Made by a program: the position numbers and the translations under genes. A DNA stretch of 64,000 nt, from positions 1,888,001-1,952,000 of the forward strand of contig CAWJWJ010000002.1 in assembly GCA_963846575.1 (NCBI GenBank). Direction: 5' to 3'. The stretch comes from an uncultured Nitrospiraceae bacterium (lineage in GTDB: Bacteria; Nitrospirota; Nitrospiria; Nitrospirales; Nitrospiraceae). Under the pieces are notes generated by a model that worked only from the letters and a program-made list of their open reading frames with translations, had not been told where the DNA came from and made no database searches. This document shows, piece after piece, positions 36,804 through 45,522 of this stretch. Each line of letters begins with the position of its first letter. Positions within the stretch are counted from its first letter, which is position 1.

Positions 36804-37682
36804 TTACTGCCTGGGCAGCGTAATCCGCGGAAGCCCTGATTCGGGATGGCCATCGACCAGGACCTCGCAACCATAGACCTCACGCAAACACCCCGCCGAC
36901 ATCACCTCCGAAGGGCTTCCCACCGAACGGACCCTGCCTTCCTTCAACATCACGATTCGATCGCAATATTGACTGGCCAGATTCAAATCGTGCGAGACGA
37001 GCACCACCGTTAATCCGCGCTCATCCTTAAGTCGACGCAGCACCGAACAGATCTCGAGTTGATGCTGAAGATCAAGAAACGCCGTCGGCTCGTCGAGCAG
37101 GAGGACCCGGGGAGCCTGGGCCAGGGCACGGGCAATCATGGTCCGCTGACGTTCGCCTCCCGAAAGATCCGTCACCGCGCGCGGAGCCAGATGAGCGATG
37201 TCCATGGTTGCCATGGCCTGAGCCGCCGCCGCGCAATCCGCCCCATCTTCCCAGCCAAATCCCAGATTCCACCGGGTTCTCCGCCGGTGTGGAAAGCGCC
37301 CCATCAGGACCGTCTCCGCGACCGTGAAGGGAAACATCTGCGTACTCTCCTGAGGCACAAACGCTACCATTCGAGCCGTGTCCTCCTGTGAGAGGCGGGC
37401 GAGATTGTCGCCAAACAACGTAATGTGTCCGTGCTGCGAAACAGCCAGTTTAGCCAGGAGTTTCAGCAGCGATGTCTTCCCCGATCCGTTCGGGCCGACG
37501 ATGCCGACAATTTCACCCGGCGCGACATGCAGCGTCACGTCGCTGAGGACCCAACGGGCAGCATCGGCGCGAGGTCGTCCGTAGCAGAATCGCACCCCCT
37601 GCACATCGTACGCGCGGGCAGCGCTCACGCCGGAGGTCGCCGCCGTATCCAGCACGAAGCCCTGCCTGCTGGACTTGCTCAT
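36804..37682 (-). CDS. ABC transporter ATPase, BtuD/FepC-like
   Basis: GPNGSGKT, LSGGERQR, LLLDEPT and SHDLN. Confidence 0.93.
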   Translation of the reverse strand: MSKSSRQGFVLDTAATSGVSAARAYDVQGVRFCYGRPRADAARWVLSDVTLHVAPGEIVGIVGPNGSGKTSLLKLLAKLAVSQHGHITLFGDNLARLSQEDTARMVAFVPQESTQMFPFTVAETVLMGRFPHRRRTRWNLGFGWEDGADCAAAAQAMATMDIAHLAPRAVTDLSGGERQRTMIARALAQAPRVLLLDEPTAFLDLQHQLEICSVLRRLKDERGLTVVLVSHDLNLASQYCDRIVMLKEGRVRSVGSPSEVMSAGCLREVYGCEVLVDGHPESGLPRITLPRQ

Positions 37683-38833
37683 GCCAGGCGGTCCTTTCGC
37701 CACACGAGAAGATAGACGAAGAATGGACCCCCGGCTAAGGCCGTGATCACTCCGACCGGGACTTCCGATGGCACAAATGCAGTACGCGCAATCGTGTCTG
37801 CCATCATCAAGAACATGCCTCCGACCAGGGCCGAGGCCGGCAGCAGCAACCGATGGTCTGCACCCACCACGAGGCGGACGGCATGGGGAATGATCATGCC
37901 GATGAAACCGATCATGCCGCTGAACGAGACGACGGCGCCGGTGACCAGCGCCGACAGCAGAAAGATGAATCGCTTCGTCCTCTCGGTATCGATCCCCAAC
38001 GACCTGGCCGCCTCTTCGCCCAAGGCCAGGATATTGAGTGCCCGGACCTGCTTGAAGAGCAGGGCGAGCCCGACAAGCAAGTAGGCCGAGAGCGCGGCCA
38101 GGACGGGATAGGCCGGTGCCGTGAGAGAACCCATGAGCCAGGCCATCATGCCAAACGACCGGTTCGGCTCCATGATGGAGGTGATGAACATGATCAAGGC
38201 GGAAAAGATCGCATTCAAAATGACGCCCGCCAACAGGACCGAGTGGATCGGCAGTCGATCATAGGTCGCGGCCATCCGGTAAATTACCACGAGGGCGAGC
38301 AGGCCCCCCACAAAACCACAGACGGGCAACACCGAGAGGGCCAGGGTCGTCGTGCCGATCCCAAACAAGACCGCCAGAGCCACGCCCAACGCCGCCCCGC
38401 TTGAGACGCCGAGCACGTAGGGATCGGCCAGCGGATTTCTGAGCAGGGCTTGGAGGGCCACGCCGACCGACGCGAGACAGCTCCCGACCAGGAAGCCCAG
38501 CAGCACCCGTGGCAGCCTGACCTGCAAGAGAATGACGCCGGTCGTGACCGCTCTGTCGCTTTCACCCGCTGGACCGACAACGGCGGAGGCAAAGACTCGC
38601 AGGAGCTGGCCCGGCCCCACATACTGGGTCCCGAGTTGTAAACAGACGAAGACGAGCAGGAGGGCGGCGACCGAGAGGCCGCTCATGATTGCCCACCAGC
38701 GTGAGGCGGTCAGCGTGGTGCCTTGAAACGGGTGATCAATGGGAAGGCTCTGAGTGCCCTGTGATGGCAGCGACGGCGAGGACACGGCAGGTGCCTGGGC
38801 GGAGGACGGAGCATGGCCGGTCGAGGGAATCAT
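37679..38833 (-). CDS. ABC transporter permease, BtuC/FecCD family
   Basis: RLPR, RNPLADPYVLGVSSGA, EAARSLG and GFIGMIIPH. Confidence 0.93.
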   Translation of the reverse strand: MIPSTGHAPSSAQAPAVSSPSLPSQGTQSLPIDHPFQGTTLTASRWWAIMSGLSVAALLLVFVCLQLGTQYVGPGQLLRVFASAVVGPAGESDRAVTTGVILLQVRLPRVLLGFLVGSCLASVGVALQALLRNPLADPYVLGVSSGAALGVALAVLFGIGTTTLALSVLPVCGFVGGLLALVVIYRMAATYDRLPIHSVLLAGVILNAIFSALIMFITSIMEPNRSFGMMAWLMGSLTAPAYPVLAALSAYLLVGLALLFKQVRALNILALGEEAARSLGIDTERTKRFIFLLSALVTGAVVSFSGMIGFIGMIIPHAVRLVVGADHRLLLPASALVGGMFLMMADTIARTAFVPSEVPVGVITALAGGPFFVYLLVWRKDRLA

Positions 38834-39852
38834 GGTCGTGCAGACGCCGCAGCGGGGGGGAAGGCCTCGGGATGGATCACCCTGGCGAGTTGTTCCAACC
38901 CCTCCATCACACGCGGACCGGGACGATTGAGGGCGTCGGCGGACACCTCACGCAGGCGCTGCTGCCGCACGGCGGTCAGCGTCGTCCAACGCAACCACTC
39001 ATCCTGTTCGCGTCGAGGCACAGTTTCCACAGACCCCACCGGGAAGATCAGGACCTCGGGATCTTCCGTCAAGACGGTTTCCATGGCGAGGCGCGGGTAC
39101 GCCGTCGAAGCGCCGGACGCCACATTGATTCCACCGGCCAGGCCGATCATCTGGTGGATGTAACTGCCGGGACCGACGGTGATCAGCGGATGGCTGTTGA
39201 TCACATAGAGGACCCGGGTGCGCGGCAGATGTTCGGTGCGGCTGGTGAGGTCAGCCATCCGCTTCCGCATGGCCGACGTCACCGTATGGGCAATCGGGGA
39301 GCGATCGAAGATCCGTCCCAACTGATGAATGTGGGAAAAAATGTTTTCCAGCGAGGTGGCCTCGAGCAGAAACACAGGCACCTTCAGCTCATCCAGTTTG
39401 GCGAGCACATTGGCGCGGTGGAACTCACGCGGCGCCACGATCATATCCGGGCGCAGCGCAATCAGAGATTCCAGATTGGGGTTGGCATAACCGATCTTTG
39501 GCTTGCCCGCAGCCGCCGCAGGGAAATCACAGAACTCCGTCACCCCGACGATCTGCTCATCCAGTCCCAGCGCGAAAAGCATTTCCGTAATGCTCGGCGC
39601 TAGCGACACCACTCGCAGGGGAACCTTGGCTACATAGAGTTTTCGCCCGGCGTCGTCGACGAACGTGCGCGGCGCGATGTTCGCCATGAACGGCATGCCG
39701 GTCAGGATGCCCTGTTGCCGACGTTTCATCGCAGTTGGATCCTCGGAAGACTCTCCGAGCGCACTGGCAACACAAACCAGGAGAACATAGCAGACGATTC
39801 CAGTGAATCCGGCTATGGACCGGGGACGGCAGGCGGTTCGATGGGCGCGCAA
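38830..39852 (-). CDS. Cobalamin-binding periplasmic protein, BtuF-like
   Basis: RVVSLAPSITEMLFALG, GVTEFCDFP and RPGPR. Start uncertain; the TTG at 39852 retains the hydrophobic signal segment. Confidence 0.88.
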   Translation of the reverse strand: MRAHRTACRPRSIAGFTGIVCYVLLVCVASALGESSEDPTAMKRRQQGILTGMPFMANIAPRTFVDDAGRKLYVAKVPLRVVSLAPSITEMLFALGLDEQIVGVTEFCDFPAAAAGKPKIGYANPNLESLIALRPDMIVAPREFHRANVLAKLDELKVPVFLLEATSLENIFSHIHQLGRIFDRSPIAHTVTSAMRKRMADLTSRTEHLPRTRVLYVINSHPLITVGPGSYIHQMIGLAGGINVASGASTAYPRLAMETVLTEDPEVLIFPVGSVETVPRREQDEWLRWTTLTAVRQQRLREVSADALNRPGPRVMEGLEQLARVIHPEAFPPAAASARP

Positions 39853-39893
39853 ATAAAAAAATCCCCAGGGCCTGTTTGGTACCCTGAGGATTG
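39853..39893 (-). terminator. Riboswitch expression-platform terminator, which also covers the likely RBS
   Basis: Minus strand AAUCCUCAGGG...CCCUGGGGAUU followed by UUUUAUUU. Confidence 0.75.
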
Positions 39894-39949
39894 CACCCGG
39901 ATGGTCATCCTCGCCTATTCCCCAGCCCACGAGGGAATAAAGGGTCTCT

Positions 39950-40105
39950 CCCTGGGCAGGTCTTCTGGCTTATGGTTCGTCCTACTCCCCGCGCCTTCCC
40001 GTTCACCGAAGTGGACAGTGGCGCCTGCGGGTTTCGTCCCCATTTACAGCGGCGGGACCGCGAGGGTTTCGCACCCTCTTCCCTTGACCCAAGGCGTTAT
40101 GAACG
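39950..40105 (-). ncRNA. Cobalamin riboswitch at the head of the btuFCD-cob operon
   Basis: Minus strand AAGGGAA-GAGGGUGCGAAACCCUC-GCGGUCCCGCCGCUGUAA...GCCACUG...GGGAAGGC...AAGCCAGAAGACCUGCC. Confidence 0.94.
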
Positions 40106-40110
40106 CTGGA

Positions 40111-40140
40111 ACTTTAGGAGAGCATGGCCGGGCTTGTCAA
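40111..40140 (-). promoter_or_regulatory. Sigma70-type promoter driving the riboswitch leader
   Basis: Minus strand TTGACA-N18-TAAAGT directly upstream of the aptamer. Confidence 0.65.
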
Positions 40141-40203
40141 GTTGAAACTTGTCCGGGTGGAGGCGATTGTGCCAGAGAATTGCTTCCCATCGGACTGATC
40201 GAT

Positions 40204-40482
40204 TCAGGACCCGGACCGAGAGCCGATCGAACGATAACGCAGCTTCAAGATGAGGATAGCCAGCGTCAGCACGAGGGTAATCAGATTAGCCAGAATGATC
40301 GGCAATGCGCCGAGCATGAGTCCGTACACTAACCAGAGAAAGACTCCAATCGTGAACGTCAGCAACATACCCAGCGACACGTCCTGCGCGGAACGGGTGC
40401 GCAAGGTCTGCTGAAGCTGAGGAATGAAGGCGATGGTGGTGAGTGTCCCTGCGAACAGTCCGATCAGCATCACGTAATCCAT
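40204..40482 (-). CDS. SemiSWEET (MtN3/PQ-loop) transporter
   Basis: [16 protein letters not shown]...DVSLGM...WLVYG...PIILAN; 3 TM, 92 aa. Confidence 0.92.
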   Translation of the reverse strand: MDYVMLIGLFAGTLTTIAFIPQLQQTLRTRSAQDVSLGMLLTFTIGVFLWLVYGLMLGALPIILANLITLVLTLAILILKLRYRSIGSRSGS

Positions 40483-40641
40483 GGGGGAGACCTCGATGGG
40501 TGTACAGGAGAATGGGCGAGCAGAGATTCAGGTAGTGAGAATTCGCCGCCCCGGCTTGTCATGCCCTGTGGCCCTATGGTAGCATCCCTTCCCATCCAAG
40601 GACTAGTTCGTCGAACGACGCCGCAACAAAGGAGTAGGGCC

Positions 40642-40833
40642 GTGGCATTTGCCTGTGATCTCTGTGGGAAGAAGCATCAGACTGGAAACAATGTCAGCCA
40701 CGCAAACAACAAGACCAAGCGCGTCTTCAATCCCAACCTGCAACGCGTGAAGGCACTCGTCAATGGTTCGGCGTTGCGCATTCGTGTGTGCACTCGTTGT
40801 CTGCGGTCCGGGCTGGTCAAAAAAGCCGTCTGA
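40642..40833 (+). CDS. rpmB: 50S ribosomal protein bL28 (Zn-ribbon form)
   Basis: CDLCGK...[20 protein letters not shown]...[11 protein letters not shown] start after an AAGGAG RBS. Confidence 0.97.
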   Translation: MAFACDLCGKKHQTGNNVSHANNKTKRVFNPNLQRVKALVNGSALRIRVCTRCLRSGLVKKAV

Positions 40834-41105
40834 TCGTTCGTCCTTTTCTCCCCTGCAACAACACGCCGTCGTCGCGCTTCCCCTGTGAGGTGCGTCCTCT
40901 TGAGTGCGACTACTTTCCGCTGTCTCCGCTGTTTCGGACCCTTCGGAAACCCTCTCTTTCCTGAATCCCCTACGCGTGCCTCGCTCTGTACCGGTTCGCC
41001 ACGCATGCGTCATCTACGTAGAAGAAATAGCCTCATCGACCGTGTACAATCCCCTAGGCAGAGGCTCAGCCAACTAAAACCCCGCACCGTCAGATCGGAG
41101 GGAGC

Positions 41106-41483
41106 ATGAGCACACTCACTTGGTCAACCGGCGTCTTCGCTATCTCTCTCGTTACCGCGGCCTGCAGTTATTTCCAAACCAAAGAAGGGGTCTACCTGGA
41201 CTCGGTGAAGGGGCGGGCCACCCAAGCCGAAGTGCGGCAGCACTTGGGTGATCCCAAAACCATCCAGCAGGATAAGGCAGGACACACGGTTTGGGTCTAT
41301 GAGTTGCCTGAGCAACAGGCCGGTAACCGCTTTACCGCTCCAGGGGTCTGGTGCGAACAATATCTTCTCACCTTCGATGAACAGGCCGTGTTCACGCGTT
41401 GGACCCAGCTGTCGCATTTCCACGGCGGCGAACTCATGCCGGACGAATGTATTCCGCCGGACGAGGAGGCAACAGGCTCCTGA
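41106..41483 (+). CDS. Lipoprotein, SmpA/BamE-like fold
   Basis: Lipobox (TAAC), ATQAEVRQHLGDP...WVY...YLLTFD; GGAGG RBS. Confidence 0.75.
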   Translation: MSTLTWSTGVFAISLVTAACSYFQTKEGVYLDSVKGRATQAEVRQHLGDPKTIQQDKAGHTVWVYELPEQQAGNRFTAPGVWCEQYLLTFDEQAVFTRWTQLSHFHGGELMPDECIPPDEEATGS

Positions 41484-41739
41484 ACACACGTCTGCATCAG
41501 GCGTCTCTGCGCCATCTGTTATCAAGCGATATATGACGGATGGGAGGAAGGTCGGAATCGCGTCGGCCGGAGGAATATTGACGGGTTGTTGGGACGGTGA
41601 TTAGGCAGGCAATTACGAGGGTGATTAGGAGAACCGCGGGATGATGGAGTAATTGCGGGGGGGGGGACAGCGGAGCGTTGCACTCCGCCGCATCCCCGTT
41701 TGCCTCGACAGGCATGCGGCGGCGGAAACAGCAGTCCGA

Positions 41740-42726
41740 TCATGCAGAGGCGAGACGCAGACGTTCCGGAGGCGGCATGCGCTGCAGCACATAATCGATC
41801 GACAACATCAGTCGCTTAGTTCTACAACGGGCCGCTTTGTGGAAGCAGCTGGTCTCCTCAAAGAACACCGTGCCGGGAGGACCAAGAATCATCGTAATCT
41901 GGTCGCCGAACTTTTTTTGAGCCAGTTTGTCACTCAGGATAATGTGGCAGATGTCATAGAAACTTTTAGTCTTGTGGGTATTTTTGATCACCACGTGCGG
42001 ACCTGAATCAGGCTCCACATCAGTCAGATAAATGAAGACGGTCAGAGATTTGTAATCCAACGTGTCATAGTGGAATGCATCACTATCATACTGGACGGGC
42101 TCCGGATGAAGGGACGATAATATTGCGCGTTGTTCGAGCGCAGTCCCGAACGACCACCGCAACTGAGTCAACCATAAGATAGGCTCGGCACCCAGGTATT
42201 GCCTCGCGATTTCCACCACGGTCGTGTCACGGGCAAGTCGATCGATCGCCGCACAGTCCCTGTGTGGGTTCCAATATTTCTGCAGTTTAGTGTGTTCACA
42301 ATAGCTAAGAATCTCCGCGACGTAGTTCGCGGGAATTTGCCCGGCCTCGGCATAACCTTCTCTCTCCACGGATTCAACGATGTGTGCGACATCGACCTGG
42401 GAGAAGATCCCCGTCTTGGCGATTGAGGGCTGGGCATCGGCAGCGGTTCGGTAATAGCGAACGGCCAACCGTCTGAAGGGACCTAACACCCACCACCCCC
42501 GGACGACCTGTGTGGAACGGAGCAACCAGCGCTGTTTGTGCAGATAAATCCTCAATGCATAATAGGCGCGAGAGGAGGCCGACCTGAGGCTGGTGAAGCC
42601 AAGTCTTCTCCTGACATGGACCCGTTCGCGCCTGCTCCTCCCCGGCTCCTGCTCCCCTGGTATGTCGGCAGTTCTTCTCATAGGACATGCCTCCCGGTCG
42701 CTTAACCTGTGCAGAATAGCTGTCAC
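41740..42726 (-). CDS. Fe(II)/2-oxoglutarate dioxygenase, PhyH-like
   Basis: FHYD (HxD), VFIYLTDV...SGPH and FHKA...R. Start uncertain (42726 or 42681). Confidence 0.75.
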   Translation of the reverse strand: MTAILHRLSDREACPMRRTADIPGEQEPGRSRRERVHVRRRLGFTSLRSASSRAYYALRIYLHKQRWLLRSTQVVRGWWVLGPFRRLAVRYYRTAADAQPSIAKTGIFSQVDVAHIVESVEREGYAEAGQIPANYVAEILSYCEHTKLQKYWNPHRDCAAIDRLARDTTVVEIARQYLGAEPILWLTQLRWSFGTALEQRAILSSLHPEPVQYDSDAFHYDTLDYKSLTVFIYLTDVEPDSGPHVVIKNTHKTKSFYDICHIILSDKLAQKKFGDQITMILGPPGTVFFEETSCFHKAARCRTKRLMLSIDYVLQRMPPPERLRLASA

Positions 42727-42735
42727 ATCGGCCTG

Positions 42736-43005
42736 TCAGGGCCAGACGTCCATCAACACACCTCCACCGGCTACATCGGATATTTTGACCTCCTCAGCTA
42801 CAACTTGCGCCTCGGATAGTCCCAGGGTAATCCCCCCGTTGCCGATCTCAAAATTGTCCCATGCCAGACGAGCGACGTGGCCTGTATGGATCACGACCAG
42901 GTCCACATAATTGATTTGCCTGGTCACGGAATCAAGAATGAGTCGTTTAATCAGTCCCCACTCTTCGCCCGCCCGGTTGTTCACAATCCAGTTGTCGGTT
43001 CCCAT
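42736..43005 (-). CDS. Small PRC-barrel-like protein
   Basis: IVNNRAGEEWGLIKRLILD...QINYV...LAWDNFE; strong GGAGG RBS. Confidence 0.7.
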   Translation of the reverse strand: MGTDNWIVNNRAGEEWGLIKRLILDSVTRQINYVDLVVIHTGHVARLAWDNFEIGNGGITLGLSEAQVVAEEVKISDVAGGGVLMDVWP

Positions 43006-43178
43006 AGGCCTCCCTCCTGTACCGCTGCTTCGTGCTTCACGATAGTAAAATTGATTGCCGGCCCTGGCACGGTCCCTCCAGACGGAAAGCCACACCGGCG
43101 GAGAAAACGACACTCCGGCGTGTCATTATTTGGTCAGAACAAGCTGTTCACCGCCGAATGTGAAACTCTTCCGGTGGG

Positions 43179-45481
43179 TCACGCGCGATGAGCCTGAAGT
43201 TGGGCATACTCGTAGAGATAGGAAGGCAACGATTGGCTGTTGACGGCATTGAGAACAACATGAAGGGGTTTGTTGCTCCTCAACGAAACAACAGCCCGTT
43301 TGACCACGTCATGGGGCGTCGAGTTGGCCCGCACGACGAGGAGCAGCACGTCCGCATGCCTCGCCAATACATTCATGGTTGCCTGAGGGAGAATCGGGGG
43401 GTGTTGAGAATGATGTAATCGAATCGATTCCGGAGGATTTCAAACAAATGGGTCAATCGTTCGGTCTTCAGTAGCTCTGTCGAATGTACGATCGAATTGC
43501 CGACCGGCATGATCCAGCATGGCACCTCACCGCATCCAACCATGCAGGAGTCGATGTCGAGATCCTTCGTGAGATAGTCCGCGAGGCCCCACTCCGGAGT
43601 CTGGTCCGCAAACTGTTGCAATCCAGGGCACTTGAAATCGCAGTCGATCAGGAGGACACGTTTCCCTAAATCGCGCGCCATCGTATAGCCGAGGTTGATG
43701 ACCGTTGTCGTTTTCCCCTCCCCTTTCACTGCGCTCGTAACGGCAATCACGGGAGACCATTCATTCGTGCCCAGCATCGACAATCGGGTCGCGGCGACTC
43801 GATACTGTTCCGAGACGATCGCGTTGGGCATCCATTTGGACACGAAGCTGCGATCGAACGAGTGGCCGTTCGTTCCATTCGTCATGCTGTCGCCCGGCTG
43901 CACAGGCAAAAGACCTTGTACCGGGAGGTGGTTGTGCGATCGAGCGCCGCGCCCGAACGAATAACTTGGAATGAAGCGCCGCCAGTTTGAATAGGCATAC
44001 TCCAAGGCGAAATCCGGAATGGCGGCCAACAACTGCGGACCGAACATCAACTCGACATCTTCAGGGCGGCGGAACTGCGGATTCAATTGTTCGAGTAACA
44101 CCGCCAGTCCGACGCCGGCTGCGCAACCCATCAGGAAGCCGAGCATCATGATGCGGGGTCGGTTCGGCCGCTCCGGGACACGCGGGAACTTCGGGCTTTC
44201 GAGAATTTTCAGGTGCGCGCCCTTATGCCGCTTTTCCAGATTCTCCGCAACGGAGGCATGCAGCCGCTTATCCAGAAGGGACTGATAACTGCCCTTCAGA
44301 TTTTCATAGTCTCGCATCAGGGTCAGCAGGCTCTGCTCGACGGCGGGGGCTGTTTCCACGCGGCTGTCATACTCTTGTTTCTCCTCCCGAAGCATTTGCT
44401 GTCGTTGGTTGAGCAGCACCAGCTCGCTTTTGACTTCACTTTTTTGTTTTTTGAGATCTTGGAAATAGGGGTCCTTCGTTTGATCCTTCGAGCCAGTGGG
44501 ATCGGATCCATACTGACGACGAAGTTTCTGCTCAAGCTGGTTGATTTCATCCCTCGTCAACGTGACCTCGGGATAGCCGTCCCAGAATTCAGCCTCCAAT
44601 TGCACGAGCTTGGTTTTCAAATCATTCAATCTTGCAAACGAGGGATTGGGCTGAACCGGACCGTTGACCAATGCGGGAATGGTGAGCCCGAATTCAAGAT
44701 ATTTGCGAATGGCGTTGTCCAGCAACGCAAGACGATCCGATTGACGATGAATGTTTTCGTTCACCAGATTGAGTTGATCGTGCAAGCGATCCAGCGCCCG
44801 CAGATTGGCCTCAGTCTGCTGAGGCAGCTGCCCGACGTGTTGTGACTTGAACAGACTGATCTCCTCCTCCTTCTGGCTGAGCTGCATCCGAGTCCGTTGG
44901 ACTTCGTTGTCTAAGAATTCCGTCGTGCCTTCCGCAGCCTGCGTGCGGTCTTTCATGTCTTCATCGATCAACATTGCGGCAATCTTTGAAATGACGTTCA
45001 TCGCGGTGGCCGGATCTTCATGCGCAAAAGAGACCGTAAAGGCTCCAATGGTATTCTGGCCAGGTATGTTTCCCTTGTTCACCGTCATGACCTCGAGCGA
45101 CTCATTCATTTTGAGAAGCGCCCATTCCGGTCCGAATTCTTCCACCTGCGCCGGGTAGAGATTGAGTTCCTTGCGGACCCTCTCGAGACGGGACCGATTC
45201 CGAACCTGCGTCTCGATCACAAAAATGCGTCGGTCAAAATTACTGTTACCCTCGGCATTGGCCTGGACATAGTTTTCCGGGACCTTCTGATCTTCAATAA
45301 GAATCAGCGTATCGGAGCGGTACACCTTGGTCGCCATCTTGGCATACACCAAGGACACTCCCAACGAGACCGCCACCGCCCCGATAAGAATCCATTTTCT
45401 GCGCAGGACCATGCCCCAATACTCATGGAGCAGACTGACAGCGGAATTCCCACTTTGAGACGTGATACCCGGTTGAACCAT
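43179..45481 (-). pseudogene. Wzc-like polysaccharide co-polymerase / BY-kinase fusion, frameshifted at a C6 run (43396-43401)
   Basis: TM-coiled coil-TM Wzz region, Walker A AVKGEGKTT and A' LLIDCD. The C-terminal 65 aa (LLVVRA...VVLNAV...YLYEY) are in another frame. Confidence 0.88.
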
Positions 45482-45522
45482 AGCCTCCACCTTCTGTGTT
45501 GCTGGTACGCTACTATTAAATA

